From Nitrospirota bacterium (GTDB lineage: Bacteria; Nitrospirota; UBA9217): DNA of 64,000 nt. The notes beneath the pieces were generated by a model. That model was not told the origin of the DNA. It made no database searches and saw only the letters and a program-made list of their open reading frames with translations. Numbering within the stretch: position 1 is the first letter of the stretch; each line of letters begins with the position of its first letter. The DNA lies in assembly GCA_963826885.1 (NCBI GenBank), contig CAWGYL010000001.1:145777-209776 (forward strand). Direction: 5' to 3'. The translations under genes and the position numbers were made by a program. This document shows positions 50,008 through 59,495 of this stretch, one piece after another.

Positions 50008-51438
50008 ATGACGAACGATGCGGGCAATAAGAACGAATCCCTCGAAAGCAGGGTGAAGCATCTGCGCGCGGTGGAAGGCTTGTCGATCCGGCAGATTGCG
50101 AAGGCGCTTTCCATGGGGAAGAAGCGCATCACCAGAATTATCAACGGTCAGAGCATACAGAAGCCCCTCAAACAGACACTTCTTGATCCCTATGAGCGTC
50201 TGATCGAGCAGTGGTACCAAGAACATCCCTACCTGCAAGCGCAGCAGGTGTATAGCCGCTTGAAGCCCTATGGATATTCCGGCGGTTACACCATACTCTC
50301 TGTTCATACCCGCAAATACCGGCGAAAAAGCAAAAGGCCGGTGTTTCATGAGCTCACGTTCCTGCCTGGGGAAGAGTCCCAAGTGGATTGGGCACTGTGG
50401 CGGATCCCGTCCGGGATTGCGTACGGTTTTGTTTTCCTTCTGTCCTGGTCCCGTTATGTCTACGTTCGTTTTTATCCCCGCTGTACCATGGAGTTCTTTC
50501 TGGACGGCCACATCGAAGCCTTCCGGGAGATAGGCGGAGTTTCCGGAAAGTGCCGGTACGATAACCTTACAAGCGTAGTGATCAAGCGAACGCCTGAGCT
50601 GAAACTGAACGCCCAGTTCATGGACTTCTGCCGGCATTACAGCTTCGGGGTACACCCCTGCACTGTACGAAGGCCAAATGAGAAAGGCCGCGTGGAACGG
50701 GTCATACGTGACCTCAAGGATTATCTCCGGGTCACCCCATGCGAGACCATTGCCGAGCTCAATAAGAAGGTCTCGCTCTGGCGGCAGGAGAGGAATAAAA
50801 GGGTCCATCGCACGACAGAACGGCCGCCTGCTGAAATGCTGAAAGAAGAAAAGCTGACCTCCCTGCCGCAGATACACTACCAGCCACGCAGATCAATCGT
50901 GGTCACGGTCGGCAAGACGGGTTTTGTTTCTTTCGAGACCAACCGCTACTCGGTCCCGTCCTCGGGGCCGACGCTCGAACTCCTGGCGTATCCCGAGCAT
51001 ATTGAGCTCCACGACAAGGGCAAAAAGATCACAACCCACAAGCGGAGCTTTCTCCGGAGCCAGAAGATCGAGAACCCCCTACACCGGGAACGGCCTCTGT
51101 CCATCACGCCGAACTTTAAGTACCAGCGGATATACCAGCTCATGAGCAACATGGACCTCTCGCTGCGACAGTTTCTCTCCGCGGCGGAACAAGACGGTCA
51201 GGATCCCGTGGCAATTGCCTATGAGCTGTTCAAGCTCATCAAGCAGGCCTCAAAAGGAATGTTGCTGTCGGCTATCAGGGAGGCCAACCAGGGCGGGATG
51301 TGCCGCGTGAAGCATCTCGTCCATATCCTGAACCTGCCGCACAAGACCCAGGACAACCCCGTTTATCCCCAGAACCAGCGGCTCCTGGACATTACCTACG
51401 AAGGAAGGGACTTATCGGAATATGACAACCTCAAATGA
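50008..51438 (+). CDS. istA: IS21 transposase IstA
   Basis: HTH, PGEESQVDW, YDNL, EKGRVER. Confidence 0.93.
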   Translation: MTNDAGNKNESLESRVKHLRAVEGLSIRQIAKALSMGKKRITRIINGQSIQKPLKQTLLDPYERLIEQWYQEHPYLQAQQVYSRLKPYGYSGGYTILSVHTRKYRRKSKRPVFHELTFLPGEESQVDWALWRIPSGIAYGFVFLLSWSRYVYVRFYPRCTMEFFLDGHIEAFREIGGVSGKCRYDNLTSVVIKRTPELKLNAQFMDFCRHYSFGVHPCTVRRPNEKGRVERVIRDLKDYLRVTPCETIAELNKKVSLWRQERNKRVHRTTERPPAEMLKEEKLTSLPQIHYQPRRSIVVTVGKTGFVSFETNRYSVPSSGPTLELLAYPEHIELHDKGKKITTHKRSFLRSQKIENPLHRERPLSITPNFKYQRIYQLMSNMDLSLRQFLSAAEQDGQDPVAIAYELFKLIKQASKGMLLSAIREANQGGMCRVKHLVHILNLPHKTQDNPVYPQNQRLLDITYEGRDLSEYDNLK

Positions 51439-52099
51439 CGTGTGGAAAAACCTGAAGGTCCTGACGGACAGGGAATCACTCACCAAAGAGGAACGGGTCA
51501 TAGTCGACCGGTTTCTTACGACTGAATATCAGGCCCGGGAGAAGCGCAGGGTCGATCATCTGCTCAAAATGTCTGGGATCAAACGGGTGAAGCGAATCGA
51601 GGATTTTGACTGGAAGTTCAATCCCAAGATACCCCGGGACAAGATCATGGAACTGATGAACACCGAGTGGCTCCAGAAGACCTGTAACATCGTGATCATC
51701 GGCCCGGCGGGTGTGGGGAAGACGCACATCGCCGACGCGTTGTGCGTGGATGCGATCATGAAGGGCCAGCAGGCGGTCTCAATCAGCATCTTCGACCTTA
51801 CCGCGAAACTCGCAAAAGCCAGAAGCATCTACAACCTGATCGATTACTACGCCAGGGTCAAGGTGCTCTGCCTCGATGAGATGGGGTACGTCTTCCCCAC
51901 CAAGGAGCAGGCGGACAGCATCTTCCAGATTATCTCGAAGCGCTCAGAGACCGGGACCACGGTCGTCACCACCAACCTGATCCCGTCGCAATGGGGGAAA
52001 ATCTTCGACTCGGTCACCGCCTCCGCGATCCTCGACCGCCTGGGCCTGAACGGGCATTTCCTGACGTTTGAAGGGAGGTCTTATAGAAGCAAACGATAG
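51422..52099 (+). CDS. istB: IS21 helper ATPase IstB
   Basis: GPAGVGKT, LDEMGY, TTNL, AILDRL, GRSYR. Confidence 0.94.
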   Translation: MTTSNDVWKNLKVLTDRESLTKEERVIVDRFLTTEYQAREKRRVDHLLKMSGIKRVKRIEDFDWKFNPKIPRDKIMELMNTEWLQKTCNIVIIGPAGVGKTHIADALCVDAIMKGQQAVSISIFDLTAKLAKARSIYNLIDYYARVKVLCLDEMGYVFPTKEQADSIFQIISKRSETGTTVVTTNLIPSQWGKIFDSVTASAILDRLGLNGHFLTFEGRSYRSKR

Positions 52100-52397
52100 C
52101 CGACACCAATCTCGCGATAGCCTCACCTGCTCCGAATCAGGAGAAGGTATTTTTGCGCTCCGCCGAAGAATACTCAATGCACCGGTGCGCCCGTTTTCAA
52201 TGTACAACGGGGACACCACCGTCAGAATCGTCCCCGTTCCGACCGTCGCCTACACCTTCCCGGCGGAGGGTAGGGGTGAAGCCCCGAAGACTGCCGGAGA
52301 AGGGACTGAACCGTTCACGGCGAAGAGCGCACCCGAACGCCCGGCGACCGAACAACTTATGGAGGAGGTGTACGAGCGAGAGAACGTAAGAGCAGGG

Positions 52398-53432
52398 CTA
52401 TGATTGTTTATCGACTTCCTCATAAACGAGACGAGTGATATCACGAACAATTTTCGACATCTGGTCAAAGTCCTTGCCCCGTACCATGATTCCGAGGAGG
52501 AACGGACGATTTGGATAATAGATTATTCCGAATTCGTGGAGCTGGGAGAGCTCTTTATCTTCACCGTCTGTAGTGGCTGATATTCTTCTCTCTCCATGTT
52601 TGCTTGCGATATCAACGTTCGGGGGAATACCCGCGACCATTCCTGTCCGAAATGATGATTTCAACAGATACCGAAGCGCCTTTTCCGACATCTCCTCTGT
52701 AAGATAGGAGGCATTGTATAGGACGCGAAAGAAAGCCGCGACAGCGTTCAACGACAAGGAGTCTTCCTGTTTGTGAGGATCGTATTCAACGTAAAGGTCA
52801 TTAAATGTCTTCTCAAGACGCCCTGATGGCAGGTTCGCATACAAGAGAGCATACGCCTCTGCATCGTCATGGGCGATCATTCTAAAGATAAGGTCATTGA
52901 TTGTATAGGATTTTCCTCGTTCCAATGTAGTTACTTGATCGCCTTGTCTCTGCGCAGCTTCTTGTCCTTTACCGGTGTTTGTAAGGGTTTTCCTCAGTAC
53001 CAATGGATTCGATTCCGCCCACTTGAAATAGGCGATCATTAAGGGCACCTTTAACAGGCTCTTCGGTGAGAACTTGTCATGTTCTTTGATGCCGAACCAG
53101 TTCCCGTTATTCAGGTCTCGAAAATAAACCGAGACAGCGGCAGCATCATTATTTTTTAACGCGTTTTCAATCAAAGCATTCACTTTGTACTGGAAAGGCT
53201 TGAGTTCCTTGGTCGCGTGATTTTTCCCGGTGTTATTCGATTCCACAGAGGCACGGATGAACTTAAACGTTCCATCGGTGTTCCAAGGGACAGCTTCGAC
53301 TTTGCTTGCGGTAGGAGACGTAAACACGCCCATACCACTGCCAACGAATACTCCCAGTGCAAAGGTTGCGGCAAGCAAGGTCAGCAAGAAAGGTCGATTG
53401 ATAGTTACCTTTATTTCTTCATCCTTGTTCAT
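52398..53432 (-). CDS. Class A beta-lactamase-like serine hydrolase, membrane-anchored
   Basis: SLLK (SxxK), SVYFRDL, KHG, HEFGIIY; N-terminal TM segment. Confidence 0.8.
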   Translation of the reverse strand: MNKDEEIKVTINRPFLLTLLAATFALGVFVGSGMGVFTSPTASKVEAVPWNTDGTFKFIRASVESNNTGKNHATKELKPFQYKVNALIENALKNNDAAAVSVYFRDLNNGNWFGIKEHDKFSPKSLLKVPLMIAYFKWAESNPLVLRKTLTNTGKGQEAAQRQGDQVTTLERGKSYTINDLIFRMIAHDDAEAYALLYANLPSGRLEKTFNDLYVEYDPHKQEDSLSLNAVAAFFRVLYNASYLTEEMSEKALRYLLKSSFRTGMVAGIPPNVDIASKHGERRISATTDGEDKELSQLHEFGIIYYPNRPFLLGIMVRGKDFDQMSKIVRDITRLVYEEVDKQS

Positions 53433-53983
53433 CGGGATTTTGTTGTCGCAGATCGCTGTCTTATGGCCGCTTTTTCCCTTATGGCACTATTCACTGTTTT
53501 TGCAGGTTTGTTTACTTCCTGGGATAAAATAAGACGGGGAGGGATGTTTTGCGCTCCGAGGATCTCTGCCATTTGGTCCAGCGCCCGCGCGATGTTTTCC
53601 AGCTTGTTGGAGCTCAGTTTTTCAAGCCCGGCGACCAGGAGGCCCTGGGCAACTTCCGGCGATTTCTTTACCAATGCTCGGCCCTGTCCGGTTAATTCCA
53701 CCCTGACCACGCGGCGGTCCTCCGTCGACCGTACCCTTATGACCAGCCCCTGCTTTTCGAGGCGGTCAAGAATGCCTACCACGGTAGCAGGGTGTAGGTA
53801 CATGCGACGGGCTATCTCCGATACCATGATAGGAGCTTCCTGGGCTATGGTTTTGATTGCCCAGAGTTGAGGGCCAGTGAGACCTGTCGCATGCTCGGCC
53901 TTCTTTGACTGTTCATTGACGACCTGAAAGACCCTGCGCAGATTATCAATGATTACCGCGACCGTATTTAATCTCTTGCTCAA
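53429..53983 (-). CDS. MarR-family regulator
   Basis: GLTGPQL, TVVGILDRLE, DRRVVRVELT. Confidence 0.92.
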   Translation of the reverse strand: MSKRLNTVAVIIDNLRRVFQVVNEQSKKAEHATGLTGPQLWAIKTIAQEAPIMVSEIARRMYLHPATVVGILDRLEKQGLVIRVRSTEDRRVVRVELTGQGRALVKKSPEVAQGLLVAGLEKLSSNKLENIARALDQMAEILGAQNIPPRLILSQEVNKPAKTVNSAIREKAAIRQRSATTKSR

Positions 53984-54353
53984 GAATAGAACCTCCTCAC
54001 AATTGGCTTGACAAAGCAGAAATAAAGTGCTAATAAAGTTGGCATACGAACTATTTTAGCACATACAATAAGGAATGCAATTAAAAAAGAAACACCCGAT
54101 TAAACCAAATGCTGGTCACAGTGTCAATAAATGCGACGCCACACATTTATTATACAGCAAAACGCATGAAAGGAGCAAAGAAATGATAATGACAGGCTGA
54201 ATATCTATCCTGTGAAAATCAAGAACGTATGGCTAGACTTGATTCAATACGCCCATATGGCATTATCACCAAAACGAACATTATTTTGTGTTTCATTATC
54301 GCGGCGGTAAAACCGCACTAAACGACATCAACAAAACGAGGAGGAAATACTAT

Positions 54354-54905
54354 ATGGATCGCAAAAGTTCATTGTATCTATCATTTGTCTTATTTGTCGG
54401 CATTACTACCTTGTGGGGTTGTCCTAAAAAAGCGGAAGTGACAACGACGCCGGAAGCACAACCACAGGCGGAAAAGGTGATGCCTCCGGCCACACCGGCT
54501 CCATCGACTGAAGCTGCTCCAGCCGAAATGAAAGCTGAAGCACCGAATGAAAAAGCCGCGACGATGGCGGAAGGGCTCAAGCCCGTTTATTTTGATTTCG
54601 ATAAGTCCTTTATCCGCGACGATGCGAAGTCCATCATTAAGGCGAATGTAGAATGGCTTAAGGCGAACCCCAAAGCAAAAATTAAGATCGAGGGAAATTG
54701 TGACGAACGGGGGACGAAAGAGTACAACCAGGCGCTCGGTCAACGGCGTGCAGCGAACGCAAAAAAGTATCTGACCGAAATGGGCATCTCGGGACATCGG
54801 ATTTCACTCCTCAGCTACGGCAAGGAAAAGCCGATTTGCAGCGAACATGATGAATCCTGCTGGCAGAAGAACCGGCGTGATGATTTCGTGGCTGTAGGCG
54901 AATAG
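54354..54905 (+). CDS. pal: Peptidoglycan-associated lipoprotein (Pal/OmpA-C)
   Basis: Lipobox LWG-C; YFDFD, EGNCDERGT.EYN.ALG.RRA, SYGKE, NRR. Confidence 0.9.
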   Translation: MDRKSSLYLSFVLFVGITTLWGCPKKAEVTTTPEAQPQAEKVMPPATPAPSTEAAPAEMKAEAPNEKAATMAEGLKPVYFDFDKSFIRDDAKSIIKANVEWLKANPKAKIKIEGNCDERGTKEYNQALGQRRAANAKKYLTEMGISGHRISLLSYGKEKPICSEHDESCWQKNRRDDFVAVGE

Positions 54906-55280
54906 GTGTACTGCACACAGCGGCACACAGCGGCACGAGTGCTTTCCGGGCCGAAGTTCCAATAGTTGGGGTGCCGCCATTAGGTAGGTTCCTCAATGGA
55001 AGTAGTGGAGATGGCAATGAACATCTTTACTCCGGAATATGTGGTTCTCGCAGCCGCTCTTCTGGCTTTCGTCTACCACGTAAAGAAAAGCCCGAAGACT
55101 GATGAAGGGGCAGCGAAATCGTCGAGGAATAACGGCAAAAGTGAATTGCTTCATTGACGTGGAAAAACACAAGACGATATCAATGCGGCCTGCCTTTATG
55201 CAAGGGCCAATCGACTGATAGACTCGCATTTTGGTATGGTTGCCGTGCGCGAAAAACGCCGACGAACTGGGTGTGACGTG

Positions 55281-55643
55281 ATGAGTTATCTGGACAGGAT
55301 GATATGGGCCGAATTAAAAGCTGATTTGGAAACAGGGCTTAGGGAGGGCACCGTGTCGCTCAAGAAAGGCGCCATGGTCGCCAGGAAGAGAGCGCGCGAG
55401 TTGACGGATGAAGGAAAGCGTCAATACAAACTGATCGCGCTCAAGACAAAAATGCACAATGGCTTTTCCGACCTGGGCGCGAGGGTTTACTCACTGGTCG
55501 TGGCGAAAGGCGGGAAAAATCCTACAGCGGACGCCAAAGTAAAAGATATTACGGCACAGCTCAAGAGATACGAGGCAGAGATCTCTTTACTCGAGAAGAC
55601 GCATCGAAAATCATCTAAACGGAAAATCAGGAAGGCTGCGTGA
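55281..55643 (+). CDS. Hypothetical basic coiled-coil protein
   Basis: Open frame with helical composition; start uncertain. Confidence 0.55.
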   Translation: MSYLDRMIWAELKADLETGLREGTVSLKKGAMVARKRARELTDEGKRQYKLIALKTKMHNGFSDLGARVYSLVVAKGGKNPTADAKVKDITAQLKRYEAEISLLEKTHRKSSKRKIRKAA

Positions 55644-55792
55644 TTCCTCCCTGCTGTTTCAGATGCAGCACTTGTTTTACTTTGACGGGTGCCGGAAACC
55701 TCATTGGTTCTTCGGCACCCATTTTTTTAAAGAGGAAAAGTGTTCACACTTGATAACACGAAATAAACACGATCGCTCAGAGAGAGATCGAT

Positions 55793-56101
55793 ATGCCAGA
55801 AAACAACGACAGGGACATGTCAAAGCATATATTGCCGACATCATCAAATTTGTTGGGAATATGCTTCGTTATCGTGAATTTTGTCAAGATTTGGAAAGTT
55901 GGAAGGATAGAACAAATTATTGTCGATAAAAATGATTGGTATTTCGATGTCGTTGTTTCTCATCGCAAGCGTACTCTCGTACTTTTCCATGCGCTCCCAG
56001 AAAAAACTGAATTATATGTAAAAACAGCAGATATAATTATTTTGAGTGGTCTCGTTTCTATGACCATAATTGCGGCGTCCTGTATGTCCGAAGTCCTTTA
56101 G
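55793..56101 (+). pseudogene. Small membrane protein, apparently frameshifted
   Basis: HILPTSSNLLGICF N-terminus; the hydrophobic middle segment (MIGISMSLFLIASVLSYFSMRS) lies in a different frame. Confidence 0.45.
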
Positions 56102-56217
56102 AGAGTCAATGACGTGTAAAAAAGATAGATACGATTATCATTCCGCTTGTTTATGCCGATAGATGAATGTTAGACGGAAGAGAGGTATCTACTAGAATTG
56201 AGCATAGGTAATATATT

Positions 56218-57558
56218 ATGAGAAAAAAAGTTGTGGAAGGGTCCGTTCTTTTTATCAGCATCCTGAAGTGGCTGTTTTTGGCAACATGCATCGGCATTCT
56301 CGTCGGTATCTCGACAACAGTGTTCTTGAAACTGCTCGGCTTTGGCATCTTCGCCACAGCGCGGTATCACTACTATTTTCTTCTTCTTCCGGCGGCCCTG
56401 TTCCTGAGCGCCCTTATCGTGAAGGTCTTCGCACCCGACGCCGAGGGCCATGGCACGGAGAAGGTCATCGAGGCAGTACACAGGCATTCGGGGAAAATAC
56501 AACTGGCCGTCGTGCCTGTGAAACTAGTAGCCACGATCATAACGATCGCCTTTGGAGGCTCGGCCGGCAAGGAAGGCCCCGCTGCCCAGATCGGCGCGGC
56601 TATAGCCTCGGCTTTTTCAGGGCTCTTGCGCTTCAGCGATCAGGACAGGAAGAAACTGGTCATCTGCGGCATCAGCGCCGGCTTCGCCACGGTCTTCGGT
56701 ACGCCCATCGCGGGCGCGCTTTTCGGCGTTGAGGTATTGTTTGTCGGTACCATGCTCTATGACGTGCTCCTCCCGTCCTTTGTGGCAGGCATCGTTGGCT
56801 ATCAGGTGTCTACTACACTGGGAATCAAATACTTTCATGAAGCTGTCTGCATCGTACCCGTTTTTAGCAGTTATTTCTTCCTTAAGATATGCCTGGCCGG
56901 TCTGTTTTTCGGACTCTGTTCGCTCCTCCTCATTGAATCGCTCAGCCTTTTTGAACGGCTGAGCCATCGGGTGAAGGTTTGGAAACCGCTCAAAGGGCTC
57001 ATTGGTGGTATGGCGCTGATCATTCTTTCACTGCTCTTTTCCACGCGCTATCTCGGTCTCGGTCTGGAAACAATCAAGGCCTCACTGGCCGGCGGAAGCA
57101 TTCCTGGCGGTGCGTTTCTGCTCAAAATACTGTTCACGTCGATCACACTCGGTTTCGGCGGAAGTGGCGGCATCGTAACACCCATCTTTTTCACCGGCGC
57201 AACGGCCGGCAGCGCTTTCGCTAACGTCCTGGGTTTCGATACGTCGCTGTTTTCAGCCATCGGGATGGTCGCACTTCTCGCCGGTGCGGCCAATACACCG
57301 ATATCCGCAAGTATCATGGCGATCGAGCTGTTCGGACCTCAAATCGCTCCCTATGCAGCCGTGGCGTGCATCATCAGTTTTCTTATGACCGGTCACCGAA
57401 GTGTCTATCCGAGTCAGGTGCTATCGCTGGCAAAGTCGTCATCCTTGTCGGTGGCCAAGGGCAGCGAGATGCGGGACGCTGGTGAAGTTGTGTTTCAACC
57501 AGGGCAGAAAAGCATCAGCGGCAGCATTATGAAAATAATTCAAAAGTTTAAAAAATAG
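56218..57558 (+). CDS. CLC-family chloride channel/transporter
   Basis: GHGTE, GKEGP, GIVTP, NTPISA. Confidence 0.9.
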   Translation: MRKKVVEGSVLFISILKWLFLATCIGILVGISTTVFLKLLGFGIFATARYHYYFLLLPAALFLSALIVKVFAPDAEGHGTEKVIEAVHRHSGKIQLAVVPVKLVATIITIAFGGSAGKEGPAAQIGAAIASAFSGLLRFSDQDRKKLVICGISAGFATVFGTPIAGALFGVEVLFVGTMLYDVLLPSFVAGIVGYQVSTTLGIKYFHEAVCIVPVFSSYFFLKICLAGLFFGLCSLLLIESLSLFERLSHRVKVWKPLKGLIGGMALIILSLLFSTRYLGLGLETIKASLAGGSIPGGAFLLKILFTSITLGFGGSGGIVTPIFFTGATAGSAFANVLGFDTSLFSAIGMVALLAGAANTPISASIMAIELFGPQIAPYAAVACIISFLMTGHRSVYPSQVLSLAKSSSLSVAKGSEMRDAGEVVFQPGQKSISGSIMKIIQKFKK

Positions 57559-57668
57559 CGTGCTTCTGTATCAAAAAGATATCGCATTCACAAAGGATCA
57601 TGGCTCAAATGATCGGCCGTTTCCGAGTGATTATGTCCACCGTCAAAAAGCTTGTGTTTGGATTACGA

Positions 57669-57698
57669 TTGACAACCAATGGCGACGGATACTATAAT
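57669..57698 (+). promoter_or_regulatory. Consensus sigma70 promoter
   Basis: TTGACA-18 nt-TATAAT. Confidence 0.78.
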
Positions 57699-57787
57699 AA
57701 AATTTAAGAGCAAGTTATAACGTTTCATGGCGGACTGACGCGCCCGGAAGTACTTCTGCTGATATGGTAGGGTACACCGGGAAAGAG

Positions 57788-57838
57788 GGCTAGCAAAGAG
57801 CATTTATAATAAAATAAATGCTTGTGCTAGCCTTTTTT
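57788..57838 (+). terminator. Intrinsic terminator within the antiporter leader
   Basis: GGCTAGCA..AGCATTTAT/ATAAATGCT..TGCTAGCC + T6, 25 nt before the GTG. Confidence 0.78.
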
Positions 57839-57863
57839 ATTTATCGCCGAAGGAGAAACGCCG

Positions 57864-59043
57864 GTGGAAGTTTCTGAATTTTTTATAAAGTTGCTCGTAG
57901 TCCTGCTCTCAGCTAAGCTTTTTGCTGAGATATTCAACAGACTCAGCATTCACTCGGTTCTTGGCGAGGTGGTGGCAGGTCTCATCATCGGGCCGAGCGC
58001 ATTGGGGTTAGTGTCGCCCGACGCGACATTACACTTGATTGCAGAGATTGGCATCCTGCTACTCTTGTTCGAAGTGGGGCTAGAGATGGACATTGGTCAG
58101 CTCGTGAAAGAAGGGGTCTGGTCGACGCTGGTAGCGGTCACCGGCGTAGTTGTGCCCGGCGTGTTTGGCTTCTACGTCCTATCATTGGTTTGGGATGGCG
58201 ATGATACCTTCACTCTTCGTGGGAGGCACAATCGTAGCCACAAGCATCGGCATCACAGTACGAGTGCTGAAGGATTTGCACTAGCATAACACGCGAATGG
58301 CGAGGATTGTGCTAGGCGCTGCAGTCCTGGACGACGTGATCGGTGTCGTGGTCCTGGCCATGCTCTATGGTTTTGCCGTGAGAGGCTCGATCAGCATACC
58401 TGGAACCATCCGTATACTGATATTTATTTCGGCATTTCTGCTGATTGCGCCGGTTTGGCCAAGCTTGCCTCCTCGAGCCGCACCAAGGGCATGATCCCCA
58501 CCATCATCATTTCGTTGATCTTGGGGATGGCGGTTATTTCCCATGGCGTAGGGGCCCCGGAGCTTCTGGGGTCCTTTACTGCCGGGATCGCCCTGGCCAG
58601 GAGTTTTCCCCTTCCCCCCCGGTGCAAGCATCGACCATTACAGCCATCAGCTAGCCGCGAAGATTGAGGAGAGCATGACACCGATCATCGATTTATTTGT
58701 TCCCGTATTTTTTGTAATGGTCGACGTATCGATCAATTTGCGAGCCATCGATATGACTTCGGGACCATTCTGGGCATTCGCCGGTACTATAACCATCGGA
58801 GCGATACTCAGCAAAATAGTCAGCGGCGTATGGGCCCCGGGTGGCATTCGTGAAAAGCTGTCCACCGGCGTTGCTATGGTCCCCCGGGGAGAGGTGGGGC
58901 TCATTTTTGCTGAGGTTGGCAAGCGAAACAACATCTTTAACGATACATCGTATTCTGTGGTTGTTTTCGTTGTTGCCTTAACGACGTTGATGGCACCACT
59001 CATGATGCGCGTAGTGATGAAGAAAGAACTACCGCCATCATAG
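57864..59043 (+). pseudogene. CPA2 cation:proton antiporter (NapA/KefB-like), multiply frameshifted
   Basis: VLGEVVAG, LLFEVGLE, GAAVLDD, PVFFV, MVPRGEVG spread over several frames. Confidence 0.85.
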
Positions 59044-59178
59044 CACAGAATGTTCCACAAGTACTCCAGATGAGATCCCTGTCACACATGCCTCACGCTC
59101 GGATAAGGAGCGATTAAAGAAGACCACGATATGTGCCTGAATATCATTGCAGGCTGACTGGAAAAGGATACGGTGCTG

Positions 59179-59245
59179 ATGCTGTGGCTTGAATTTATTC
59201 TGTGCTTAGCGGGTATCATTTACTCCGGCACGAAGCTGTCTATCT
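59179..59245 (+). pseudogene. N-terminal remnant of a Na+/Ca2+ antiporter-like gene
   Basis: MLWLEFILCLAGIIYSGTKLS, then the frame ends. Confidence 0.35.
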
Positions 59246-59495
59246 CATAGCAGTTGCATTTCTAGGAGATTGTATGTTTCATGTAGTATCTTACATAATC
59301 GTGGATCCAGATGAAAGACCGATCCGTCTTCTGTTTGAGAAGGCGGACCGGATTCGCCTGTTCATCAAACTTCACTGCCGTCTTACTTTTCAAAGAGCTT
59401 CGAGTATGTTCCGTACCCGTCCTTTACCAAGTCCTCCTTGGGGATGAACCTGAGTGATGCCGAGTTCATGCAGTAGCGCAGGCCCGTCGGAGCCG

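Larger units (their letters stand above)
49308..52254 (+). mobile_element. IS21-family element with an upstream passenger ORF
   Basis: ~51-bp IRs (TG..CA; shared CGGGGACGATTCTGACGGTGGTGTCCCCGTTGT); 5-bp TSD CCTTC at 49303-49307 and 52255-52259. Confidence 0.92.
48770..52397 (+). mobile_element. Group IIC intron, 5' portion only (split by IS21, 3'-truncated)
   Basis: Begins GTGTGCCGAGCATG directly after the terminator; GGGGGTGCAAGTCC, GAAGTCAGCAGAGG..GAAGGCCCGAAC; RT start 49266 MDGKQQKIQMELAF | PAEGRGEAP..LMEEVYEREN resumes at 52260. Confidence 0.85.

Noticed and set aside
52068-52403. 111-aa ORF
   Set aside because: A chimera of the IS21 right end and the intron RT fragment.
53217-53870. 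217-aa + strand ORF
   Set aside because: Antisense shadow of marR and the hydrolase.
54912-54935. Short tandem CACAGCGGCA repeat after pal
   Set aside because: Only two copies, with no supporting structure.
55900-57558. Fluoride exporter CLC-F with a fluoride riboswitch
   Set aside because: Motifs are GHGTE/GKEGP/GIVTP rather than GNNLI/GREGT/GEVTP, and no crcB aptamer is seen upstream.
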